The translations under genes were made by a program, and so were the position numbers. A stretch of 64,000 nucleotides of DNA from the NCBI GenBank assembly GCA_964383705.1, contig CAYLHJ010000002.1, forward strand, positions 1,635 through 65,634. The letters run 5' to 3'. This document shows positions 1-8,582 of this stretch, one piece after another. Under the pieces are notes generated by a model, which made no database searches, was not told where the DNA came from, and saw only the letters and a list, made by a program, of their open reading frames with translations. This stretch comes from an uncultured Candidatus Saccharibacteria bacterium. GTDB taxonomy: Bacteria; Patescibacteriota; Minisyncoccia; Phycocordibacterales; Zambryskibacteraceae. Positions within the stretch are counted from its first letter, which is position 1. Every line of letters begins with the position of its first letter.

Positions 1-152
1 GCCGTATTTTGCAATAATTCTACGAAATGAAGCGTCCGTGACGTCTGCCATCGGAGCCAAGATAAAAATTGGTTTATTTAATTTCTCCCAGAAACCATTA
101 TTCATATGTCTTGCACCATATCACGCACGAAGTATGGTGACAATAAAAGTCA

Positions 153-2528
153 CTACGAATATAATTGCGACTTATCAAAAGCAATGTGAGAACCTGGTCG
201 TAAATTTCCTGAAATTATTCTGTCAGCAATTATTTTTTCAACTTTATCTTGTATTGCGCGATTCAATGGTCGTGCTCCAAATTTAGGATCACTCCCTTTT
301 TCTACAAGATAGTTAAGCAAGGTGTCATTTACCTCCAGCGTAACTCCTCTCTCTCGGAGTCGCCATTCAAGTTTTTTTAGAAGCATTTTTGCAATCTCTT
401 TAAGGTTGGCTGGGGAGAGCGGATGGAATAAAATGACGCCATCAAAGCGGTTCAGAAGTTCTGGACGAAAAACACCGTCACTTACAATCGAATTTATAAT
501 AAAATCTTTACTCTCCAAAAGGTCTTCCCCCTTCCCAACTGCATCAAAGATGAATTGGCTACCAGCATTTGAAGTTGCAATGATGATTAAATTCCTAGCA
601 CTAATTTTTTTACCTCGAGAATCCGAAAACACCCCCTCGTCAAGAATCTGGAGAAAAAGGTCTAGAACTCTCTTTTCTGTTTTTTCAAATTCATCAAGAA
701 GAAGAACTCCGTAAGGATTTTCTCGAATTAAAGAAACCAGAACACCCTGTTGATCTTGCCCGAAACCGCCTATCAAACGATTCAAAGCATCTGGAGTATT
801 GTATTCGGACATATCGAGACGGAGGATTTTTGCTTCTTTACCAAAAAATATTTCCGCAAGAGCTTTTGTTGTTTCAGTTTTACCAACTCCAGTAGGCCCC
901 AAAAAAAGAAATGAGCCGATTGGTCTATTCGGATTATTTATTCCGGACCGCGCACGACGAAGAGCGTCACTAATGAGTGAGACCGCCTCGTCTTGTCCAA
1001 CAATGCGTTGGTGTAAAAACTCTTCAAGTCGCGTTAGCGTATTTCTTTCCGTATCAGTTATTTCTCCAGTAGGAATTCCTGTTTTTGTTTTAACTAATGA
1101 TTCAATATCTTTATCCATTACTGTCGTTCTGCCAACCGATCTAGCTTCTGCCACAGCACCAATCAATAAGTCACTTGCCGTATCATAAAGCGGTGATCCG
1201 ACAAAATAGCGTGACGCACTTTGAACCGCCTCTTTAACAGCGCCGTATGTAAAAAAGATTCCTTCTTTCTCCTCCAAAACAATAACTTCTTCCATCAAGA
1301 CATCAGAGACCCGACCCTCATCTCCGTCCTCTATAATGATAGTTTCAAAATATTCCATGAGCTTTTGATCGCGCTCAAGGTGATTATGAAATCCTTCCCC
1401 ATCACTTACTGCAATAATGTGAATATCAGGTGAAACGAGAAACTCTGACATGATTGCAACAGCATCACTTTGTAGTGTTTCAGCCCCATATAAAAGACCC
1501 GGAAGATCTGGAATGACAAGAATAATATTGCCCGACTTGATAACTTCTCTAAGAATCTTTAGAAATAAGCGCTCAAACGAAGTCCCGTCTGAGACTGAGG
1601 AAAGTAAAGTCTGCACGGCAAGCACAAGAAATTTCTTATCATGGAGTGATTCATTGGTTTTTTTGTGAATTATTTTTTGGGCTAGACCCTTTATTATTTC
1701 CATCTTTCCACCACCATCTTCACCAATGACCAAAGCGTTAGCTTCTGATGATTTAGAAAGTACGGTTTCTAGTGTTTTGATTTCATTGGCGTAAAGATCT
1801 TTCCCTTGTTCAAGCGATAAATCTAATGAGCTACTAAATTTAAGAAGTGCATAAGCATTACCATATGCCCAATCTCTGCCTATTGGAGATAATCGATTAA
1901 GACGCGCCCTTGACCACCATCGCTCCTTTTGAATTAAATTTTTTTCTAAATCTGAAACCCAGCGAAAAGTATTCCAAAAAGTTTCTGGAGTAACTCCATG
2001 AGCACTGAGAAAGGTTTGAAATTCTTTTTCACCAGATATTAATCCTGAAATAAATGATTCAGCCTTTGATGATTTTTGTGAGAAAACAAAATCTGAAGGT
2101 TTAACCGTTTTCTTTCTACTATCAAGGAATATTTCAATAGAAGCATCGTCAATCCCAAGTCGCATCAAAGTCAAAGCGCCATAATAAGATTCAATGAAAT
2201 TGAGAATTAAATCTTTTCGATTCGAAGAAAAAATAATAGAAGCTAATTCAAATTCGTAAGCACTGTTTCTTTTATCAAAACGATATGAGTAATAAAAAGA
2301 CTCCATTATAAATACAATGAGAAAGGCCGATAAGACAATGAAGAAGAATCCGGACATTGCCCCACTCGCTTGCTCTACAATAATTCCACTTGAGATAACA
2401 AAAGAAATTAATACCAAAAAACCTAATATTTTTATAAACAATCTGCGAGTACTATGAGAAATGCTTTTTTCAAGAAAAAATACTGGTTGCAGATATGAGA
2501 TTTCTTTTTTTAAATCTTCTAAATTCAT
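153..2528 (-). CDS. Clp/Hsp100-family AAA+ ATPase, membrane-anchored, with degenerate first AAA module
   Basis: The second AAA module is canonical (Walker [21 protein letters not shown], sensor and arginine-finger region, ClpB_D2-small-like C-terminus). The first module aligns to ClpC D1 but has Walker A GEDGGGKM and a Walker B-like ILVIPDLP with the DE acidic pair missing. Two N-terminal hydrophobic helices replace the usual Clp_N repeats. Start taken at MNLEDL (2528) rather than the ORF-track start at 2672. Confidence 0.8.
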   Translation of the reverse strand: MNLEDLKKEISYLQPVFFLEKSISHSTRRLFIKILGFLVLISFVISSGIIVEQASGAMSGFFFIVLSAFLIVFIMESFYYSYRFDKRNSAYEFELASIIFSSNRKDLILNFIESYYGALTLMRLGIDDASIEIFLDSRKKTVKPSDFVFSQKSSKAESFISGLISGEKEFQTFLSAHGVTPETFWNTFRWVSDLEKNLIQKERWWSRARLNRLSPIGRDWAYGNAYALLKFSSSLDLSLEQGKDLYANEIKTLETVLSKSSEANALVIGEDGGGKMEIIKGLAQKIIHKKTNESLHDKKFLVLAVQTLLSSVSDGTSFERLFLKILREVIKSGNIILVIPDLPGLLYGAETLQSDAVAIMSEFLVSPDIHIIAVSDGEGFHNHLERDQKLMEYFETIIIEDGDEGRVSDVLMEEVIVLEEKEGIFFTYGAVKEAVQSASRYFVGSPLYDTASDLLIGAVAEARSVGRTTVMDKDIESLVKTKTGIPTGEITDTERNTLTRLEEFLHQRIVGQDEAVSLISDALRRARSGINNPNRPIGSFLFLGPTGVGKTETTKALAEIFFGKEAKILRLDMSEYNTPDALNRLIGGFGQDQQGVLVSLIRENPYGVLLLDEFEKTEKRVLDLFLQILDEGVFSDSRGKKISARNLIIIATSNAGSQFIFDAVGKGEDLLESKDFIINSIVSDGVFRPELLNRFDGVILFHPLSPANLKEIAKMLLKKLEWRLRERGVTLEVNDTLLNYLVEKGSDPKFGARPLNRAIQDKVEKIIADRIISGNLRPGSHIAFDKSQLYS

Positions 2529-2530
2529 AT

Positions 2531-2917
2531 TTATACGATTTGCTTTAATGCGAGAGCAATCAAAAAAGCAAAAACGACAGGAAACAGGAGCCAGAGAAAG
2601 AAAGATAAAATACCGGCGATGAAGATGGCGGTGGTAACAAAAATGCCGAGGATAATAACCGCACCTCGACAAACAAAACCAACCAAACGCATAATGAAAT
2701 TAATAATAGCCGTTTGAAAAAATTCCTTTGGATGAAAGCCTTCCTTATATTCATCTTGAAGCCTTTTCCATGGCGCAAAAAGCGTCCTTAGGAGAAGAGA
2801 AACAGAAAAATATGTAAACGAGGCTTCAATAAAAATAAGCCAATTAGAGTAGAAATCTTTTAAAGCCCTGCCATAGTGCCATCGAATGTAATACGGCAAG
2901 AACAAAAGCAAATGCAT
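2531..2917 (-). CDS. small integral membrane protein (hypothetical), translationally coupled to the Clp-like ATPase
   Basis: 128 aa with about three hydrophobic helices. Its stop lies 3 nt from the downstream Clp-like start. No recognisable family. Confidence 0.45.
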   Translation of the reverse strand: MHLLLFLPYYIRWHYGRALKDFYSNWLIFIEASFTYFSVSLLLRTLFAPWKRLQDEYKEGFHPKEFFQTAIINFIMRLVGFVCRGAVIILGIFVTTAIFIAGILSFFLWLLFPVVFAFLIALALKQIV

Positions 2918-2934
2918 GTATTAATTATACCTCA

Positions 2935-3744
2935 CTACTCTTGCTTTTTTAAGATAACCTTATTCCCATATTGCAAATCTATTGATTTAACTGTAAGCCC
3001 ACCGTCGTGGAGAACATCTAACTTAGGATCAGATAGAACTGACTCTAGGTTAGATACAACCTTTTCTGGATCATCACGGAGAGAAAAGAATATAACCCCA
3101 GTAGAAAGCTTCAATTCATATGTCTCTCCGACCACATGATTTAAACTTTCAAGGTTAAGGCCGAGAGAGCGAAACCCTGACAAAAATCTATTCATTAAAT
3201 CAAATTCTTTTTGTGGTAAATAATAATCGCCGAGCGGAGAATCATCTAATCTGCCGATATATACGAAATAAACGTTCGGAGAAAATGTTGGCGATTTATC
3301 AAAAACAAAACCTCGGCTATCTAAGAAATAACAGTCAGAGAAAGTGTCGTCTTTGCACCAAAGTGATTGGGGATTGCGCTCGGTGATTGAAATTTGGATT
3401 GATTTTAAAGAAGAAAGTTTAATTTTTACATCATCCACACGCGGAAAATTTAAGGCAATTTCTTTTTGGATTGTTTTTTTGGGATAAAGTAAAGTATTTG
3501 ATTTTGGAAATAAGAAAAAATAATTTCCGGTCAGATGTCTTTTTGAAAGCTCGATAATCTCATCAGACCTCACCACAGAGCTCCCCAAAACTTTAATTGA
3601 AGAAATCGTCACAAAATCAGCTCTAGATAAAAAAACCGGGCCAGCAATAACAAAAATAACTATCGATAAAAAAAATACTGAACGAAAAATAATTTTCTTG
3701 CGGCGCTTTTTTATAAGGTTCGGCGAACGCAAAGAGCGAGGCAT
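2935..3744 (-). CDS. ftsQ: cell division protein FtsQ/DivIB-like (POTRA domain)
   Basis: N-terminal basic tail plus one TM helix, followed by a POTRA-like region (VKIKLSSLKSIQISITERNP), as in FtsQ/DivIB. Confidence 0.6.
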   Translation of the reverse strand: MPRSLRSPNLIKKRRKKIIFRSVFFLSIVIFVIAGPVFLSRADFVTISSIKVLGSSVVRSDEIIELSKRHLTGNYFFLFPKSNTLLYPKKTIQKEIALNFPRVDDVKIKLSSLKSIQISITERNPQSLWCKDDTFSDCYFLDSRGFVFDKSPTFSPNVYFVYIGRLDDSPLGDYYLPQKEFDLMNRFLSGFRSLGLNLESLNHVVGETYELKLSTGVIFFSLRDDPEKVVSNLESVLSDPKLDVLHDGGLTVKSIDLQYGNKVILKKQE

Positions 3745-3756
3745 AATTTCTATTTA

Positions 3757-5025
3757 TTATCTCCCCAAGACCTCCCTGCCATTCAGATATTTTTGCAATA
3801 CTTGAGGGATGTGGACTAGACCATCTCTGTCTTGGTAATTTTCAACCAAAGAAACAAGAATGCGAGGCGTTGGGGCGGCTGTGCAATTTAAGGAATGAGC
3901 ATATTTTACTTTTCCATCTACATCTTTATAACGAATATTAAGTCTCCTTGTTTGAAAATCATGAAAATATGAAGCCGAGCTGATCTCACGATAAGCATTC
4001 TCAAGAGGAACCCAAAGTTCTATATCATATTTTTTTACCTGACCAAGACCAAGATCAGCCCCGCAATTTATAACTGTTCGATATGGGATACCAAGACTTT
4101 CAATAAATTCCTCGGTATTTCTATTTAATTCTTCATGAAAATTAACTGACATTTCATGATTTGCCTCACACAATATAACTTGTTCAACTTTGTAAAATTC
4201 ATGGACTCTAATAAGGCCCTTAACATCCTTACTATAACTTCCGGCTTCTCTTCTAAAGCAGGGAGAAAAAGAAAGAAACTTCTTAGGCAAATCAGAAATG
4301 GGTAGTATTTCATCTGCATGATATCCCATAGTTGCAACTTCTGCCGTGCCTGCTAAGAAATCACCGTCTTGGGTTCTATAAAGATCTTCTTCACCTTGTG
4401 GTAAAAATCCAGTTCCCATAAGATTTTCTCTTCGAACAATCGAAGGAACAATAAATGGAGAAAAACCTCTTTTCAAGAAAAATTCGTAAGCATATTGCCA
4501 AATAGCAAAAGAAAGAAGGGCTCCGTCATTTTTTAAGAAATAACCCCTGAAACCGGCAACTTTCGTCCCCCTATCAAGATCAACCATATCTAGAGATTCC
4601 ATGATCTCAATATGATTTTTTGGTTTAAAATCAAATTTCGGAATTTCTCCCCACCTCTTCACCTCTTTATTGTCTGCATCACTTTCTCCGTCTGGCACAG
4701 AAATATCTGGCACATTTGGAACAGAAACCATAAGCGATTGCCACTCTTTCATTATCTCTTTAAGCTCCGCTTCCTCTTTTTGAAGTTCTTCTTTTAGAAC
4801 TTTCATTTTTTCAATGTATTCTAATTTTAAGGTTGAATTAGTTTCAGAGACAATCAGATTACTGAACTCATTTTGTGTTTTCCTTTTGTCTTCCACCCTC
4901 TGGAGAATATCCTTGCGTTTATCATCTACAGCAATCAAAGAGCGAACATCAAATTTTACATTCTTTTTACGTGCCGCTTCAGCAATAAGATCAGTATTTT
5001 CTCTAATAAATTTAATATCCAACAT
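3757..5025 (-). CDS. serS: seryl-tRNA synthetase
   Basis: N-terminal MLDIKFIREN followed by a coiled-coil arm. Class II motifs are present (FSPCFRREAGSYSKDVKGLIRVHEF, GLGQ). Start chosen at MLDIK instead of the 16-codon ORF-track extension. Confidence 0.9.
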   Translation of the reverse strand: MLDIKFIRENTDLIAEAARKKNVKFDVRSLIAVDDKRKDILQRVEDKRKTQNEFSNLIVSETNSTLKLEYIEKMKVLKEELQKEEAELKEIMKEWQSLMVSVPNVPDISVPDGESDADNKEVKRWGEIPKFDFKPKNHIEIMESLDMVDLDRGTKVAGFRGYFLKNDGALLSFAIWQYAYEFFLKRGFSPFIVPSIVRRENLMGTGFLPQGEEDLYRTQDGDFLAGTAEVATMGYHADEILPISDLPKKFLSFSPCFRREAGSYSKDVKGLIRVHEFYKVEQVILCEANHEMSVNFHEELNRNTEEFIESLGIPYRTVINCGADLGLGQVKKYDIELWVPLENAYREISSASYFHDFQTRRLNIRYKDVDGKVKYAHSLNCTAAPTPRILVSLVENYQDRDGLVHIPQVLQKYLNGREVLGR

Positions 5026-5106
5026 AAAATTCAAAATCTGGCATATAGCCCTTAGTATTAAGCTTTTATACAATATATAGTAGCAGAAAATAGAAAATCA
5101 TTAAAA

Positions 5107-5970
5107 ATGACCTATTTAATTCGTAGATTAAAACCAGAGGAATTCCCGACACTCCTTAAAGAAATACCAGATAAGCCAGAACAGTTATTTTGTGCTGGCA
5201 ATCTACCAGACACAGAGACAAAGCTTATCTGCGTGGTGGGATCAAGAAAATATACCAACTACGGCAAAGAAGTTTGCGAAGAATTAATTTCTCAACTTAA
5301 AGGCTATCCAATTTCAATTGTGTCAGGGCTCGCTTTGGGGATTGACTCCATAGCCCACAAAAGCGCGGTTAGGCACAGCATCCATACGATAGCAATACCC
5401 GGGTCTGGCCTTTCTCCTAAAAATCTATATCCAAGTTCACACAGAAAACTTGCCGAAGAAATCGTGGATTCTGGCGGAGCTCTTCTTTCCGAATTTGAAA
5501 ATGATTTTCAAGCGACAAAATGGAGTTTCCCACAGAGAAACAGAATTATGGCTGGTATTTCCAATGCAACACTTGTTATCGAAGCAGAAGCAAAATCTGG
5601 GACACTCATTACCTCCCGTCTAGCAACGGAATATAACCGTGATGTTCTAACGGTTCCTGGCTCTATTTATTCTAAAAACTCAGAAGGACCTCATATGCTT
5701 ATAAAACTTGGAGCTACTCCTGTTACATCTGGAGACGATATATTAGAGGCCTTAGGTCTTAAAAAAGAAGAAAAACCATCAAGAATTAATTATGAAGAGT
5801 TATCTCAAGAAGAAAGAGAAATAGTGGCGCTACTAAAAACTCCAATTGAAAAAGATGAATTGATACGCAGGGCTGGAATTCCAACTTTTCAAATAAATGC
5901 AATTTTAACTGCTATGGAAATAAAAGGAATCATTGCTGAATCAATGGGAGAAATAAGACTCATAAAATGA
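5107..5970 (+). CDS. dprA: DNA processing protein DprA/Smf
   Basis: Rossmann-like DprA core (VVGSRKYTNYGKEVCEELISQL, SGLALGIDSIAHKSA) and a C-terminal winged-helix-like tail. Confidence 0.85.
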   Translation: MTYLIRRLKPEEFPTLLKEIPDKPEQLFCAGNLPDTETKLICVVGSRKYTNYGKEVCEELISQLKGYPISIVSGLALGIDSIAHKSAVRHSIHTIAIPGSGLSPKNLYPSSHRKLAEEIVDSGGALLSEFENDFQATKWSFPQRNRIMAGISNATLVIEAEAKSGTLITSRLATEYNRDVLTVPGSIYSKNSEGPHMLIKLGATPVTSGDDILEALGLKKEEKPSRINYEELSQEEREIVALLKTPIEKDELIRRAGIPTFQINAILTAMEIKGIIAESMGEIRLIK

Positions 5971-6040
5971 TTCTCTAATATCACCTAAACAGAGGGTAAT
6001 ATTTGCATTCAAAAAATATTTGTAGTACTAATAAGCGCTA

Positions 6041-8230
6041 ATGAAACTATTAATTGTCGAGTCTCCGGCAAAAGCAAAAACAATTTCAAAATATTTAGAT
6101 GGCGAATACGAAGTAGTCGCAAGTGTTGGACATGTCCGAGATTTACCCAAAAATAATAAAAAAGCCATCGATATTGATGGTGGGTTTACTCCTCGCTACG
6201 AAATAAGTAAAGGAAAAGAAAAAGTTATATCACAAATAAAAAAACTTGCAGCCGCATCTGATGAAGTGGTATTGGCAACCGACCCAGATCGCGAAGGTGA
6301 AGCAATAGCTTGGCATATTGCCCAAAGCGTTGGCCTTAAACACCCAAAAAGAGTTGTTTTTTATGAAATTACAAAAGATGCGGTTACAGAAGCAATAAAA
6401 CACCCTCGAGACATTGATGACAATTTAAAGACGGCCCAAGAAGCTCGCCGAGTTTTAGATCGCCTAGTTGGTTACGATCTGTCTGGTTTGATTTGGAAAA
6501 AAGTTCGCTATGGGCTTTCTGCTGGCCGAGTACAATCCCCCGCCCTTCGTATCATTATGGAACGCGAGAGAGAAATTCGCGCCTTTAAACCAGAAATATT
6601 TTGGACACTGTCTGGATTATTTGAAACTAATGATAAAAATCGCCTCACATTTACCTGCGAATCCGAACCTCATGACAAAAAAGAAGTTGATAGGATTGTG
6701 GCAATAGCAAATAAGGAAGATTGGGAAGTCAAAGACATTAGAGAAACTGAAGTTAAGCGAGCCCCTCGCGCGCCATTCATAACTTCCACGCTTCAACAAG
6801 CGGCAAGTTCTCGTCTCGGATTTTCACCCTCAAGAACAATGTCTATTGCCCAAAAACTTTACGAAGCTGGTCTCATTACATATATGAGAACAGACAGCAC
6901 AAACTTAAGTGCCCAGGCAAAAAAACAAATTGCCGATATTATAAAAAATAAATTTGGCAATGATTTACACGAATCACGTTTCTACGGGGAAAAAAGTAAA
7001 AATGCTCAAGAGGCACACGAAGCAGTAAGACCGTCTGATATAAGAAAAGAAAATGCCGGCCATACCGACGAACAAAAGAAACTCTATAACCTAATTTGGC
7101 AAAGAACCGTGGCTTCACAGATGAAAGATGCGAAAATGCTTCGCACCAAAATTGTCGCAAATGTGATAAATGGGTCTATCCCTGATTTCTCATTAAATGG
7201 GTCACGAATTCTTTTTGATGGCTGGCTTCTTGCTGACCCAAGAGCAAAACAAGATGATGTTGAGGTTCCAAAGATTGCAAAAGGCGCAAAATTGAAATTA
7301 ATTTCAATGAATACTGAGCAAAAGGAAACAACCCCTCCACCACGATATTCAGAAGCCGGACTAGTTAAAGAAATGGAAAAGCGCGGTATCGGCAGACCAT
7401 CAACATACGCTTCAATTATCAAGACCATTGTTGACCGAGGATACGTGGTTAAAGAACAACGTTCACTCATTCCAACCGACACCGGTGATGTTGTTAGTTC
7501 TTTCTTGGAAGACAACTTTACCGAATACATTAGTGACTCATTTACAGCAGAAATGGAAGACAAGCTTGATGACATTGCCTCTGGAAAACGCGAGTATGTA
7601 AAAACATTAAAAGATTTCTACAAACCATTTTTGAAAGATGTAAAATCAAAAGAAAAAACAGAAAAAATCACCAACCTCGGGAAAGCAGACGATAAGTGGA
7701 AGTGCCCAAAATGTAGTGGCAATATGATTATAAAACTCGGCCGGTCGGGCAAATTCCTTTCTTGTGAAAAATTCCCAGATTGTGTTGGGGCCCGAACTAT
7801 TGATGGTGCCGAACTTGAAGGACCGAAAGATACTGGTGAATTATGCCCTGAGTGCGGAAAAGCAAATCTAGTAGAAAGAGATGGAAAATTTGGAAGATTT
7901 ATAGCATGTACCAGATACCCCAAGTGTAAATTTGTAAAAGAAGATCCAGAAGCAAAGAAAAAACTCCTGACTGGTGTAAAGTGTCCAGACTGTAAAGACG
8001 GAGAGTTAATGGAAAGGCGTGGGAGATTTGGAATTTTTTACAGCTGCAGTAATTATCCAAAATGTAAAAATGCTATAAAAGCAAAACCAACAGGAAATAT
8101 CTGCAAACACCAAAGAGATTGGGGGCCTTGCGGAAAACTCATGATGGAAGGAACTAAGACGATACCAGAAAGATGTTCCGATAAAAACTGTCCGAACCAT
8201 AACCCACATAAACTAAAACAGATATCTTGA
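6041..8230 (+). CDS. topA: DNA topoisomerase I
   Basis: TOPRIM N-terminus (MKLLIVESPAKAKTISKYL, GHVRDLP). Active-site region has the catalytic Tyr context (LITYMRTDS). C-terminal C4 zinc ribbons (CPKCSG..CEKFPDC, CPECGK..CTRYPKC, CPDCKDG..CSNYPKC). Confidence 0.95.
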   Translation: MKLLIVESPAKAKTISKYLDGEYEVVASVGHVRDLPKNNKKAIDIDGGFTPRYEISKGKEKVISQIKKLAAASDEVVLATDPDREGEAIAWHIAQSVGLKHPKRVVFYEITKDAVTEAIKHPRDIDDNLKTAQEARRVLDRLVGYDLSGLIWKKVRYGLSAGRVQSPALRIIMEREREIRAFKPEIFWTLSGLFETNDKNRLTFTCESEPHDKKEVDRIVAIANKEDWEVKDIRETEVKRAPRAPFITSTLQQAASSRLGFSPSRTMSIAQKLYEAGLITYMRTDSTNLSAQAKKQIADIIKNKFGNDLHESRFYGEKSKNAQEAHEAVRPSDIRKENAGHTDEQKKLYNLIWQRTVASQMKDAKMLRTKIVANVINGSIPDFSLNGSRILFDGWLLADPRAKQDDVEVPKIAKGAKLKLISMNTEQKETTPPPRYSEAGLVKEMEKRGIGRPSTYASIIKTIVDRGYVVKEQRSLIPTDTGDVVSSFLEDNFTEYISDSFTAEMEDKLDDIASGKREYVKTLKDFYKPFLKDVKSKEKTEKITNLGKADDKWKCPKCSGNMIIKLGRSGKFLSCEKFPDCVGARTIDGAELEGPKDTGELCPECGKANLVERDGKFGRFIACTRYPKCKFVKEDPEAKKKLLTGVKCPDCKDGELMERRGRFGIFYSCSNYPKCKNAIKAKPTGNICKHQRDWGPCGKLMMEGTKTIPERCSDKNCPNHNPHKLKQIS

Positions 8231-8245
8231 TTTATACTAAAATCT

Positions 8246-8509
8246 GTGTTTGAATGGTTAGAGAAAAATCCACACACGGAGCAAATCATGGATCAAAACG
8301 AGATCCGAGAGAGAGTAACAAAGCTAAACCAGGAACGAGTGGCGGCTGAAGAAGTGATAATCCGGGTAACAGCAGAACTTCAAGGAATTCGAAATATCTG
8401 CAAACATCCGGGGGTACCTCAGCATTCTGCTTCAAGGACGATTTCTCCAATGGCCTGCCCCGACTGTCTTCACCCAGTGTTTCTATCAACGGCCGGACGT
8501 GTTGGTTAA
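8246..8509 (+). CDS. small GC-rich hypothetical protein (Cys/His-containing)
   Basis: 87 aa. GC content is clearly above that of neighbouring genes. Ends immediately before a strong terminator hairpin. Contains a CKHP...CPDCLHP motif. No recognisable family. Confidence 0.35.
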   Translation: MFEWLEKNPHTEQIMDQNEIRERVTKLNQERVAAEEVIIRVTAELQGIRNICKHPGVPQHSASRTISPMACPDCLHPVFLSTAGRVG

Positions 8510-8520
8510 TGGCACCAGAG

Positions 8521-8559
8521 AACCCCGAGCACAAAGCTGTTCGGGGTTTTGCTTTTTTG
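8521..8559 (+). terminator. rho-independent terminator
   Basis: Hairpin accccgagcacaaagctgttcggggt followed by tttgctttttt. Confidence 0.7.
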
Positions 8560-8582
8560 TTTGGAAAAAGTAGACTTTCATT

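Noticed and set aside
38-286. 82-aa plus-strand ORF at the window start, and the antisense ORF 322..714
   Set aside because: They overlap the 3' end of the Clp-like gene on the opposite strand. They are low-complexity with no motifs, so they are antisense artefacts.
2529-2672. 48-codon N-terminal extension of the Clp-like ORF (MSRCGYYPRHFCYHRHLHRR...)
   Set aside because: It is Cys/His/Arg-rich junk-like sequence that overlaps the upstream small membrane gene. The downstream Met (MNLEDL) gives a tidy 3-nt intergenic gap.
5026-5073. 16-codon N-terminal extension on serS, and similar extensions on pth (35538..35579), rpmG (13881..13931), rpsU (37533..37550) and the methyltransferase (28617..28670)
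   Set aside because: Conserved N-termini of these families (MLDIKFIREN, MIVIAGLGNPG, L33 and S21 cores) begin at the internal Met. The extensions are artefacts of longest-ORF calling.
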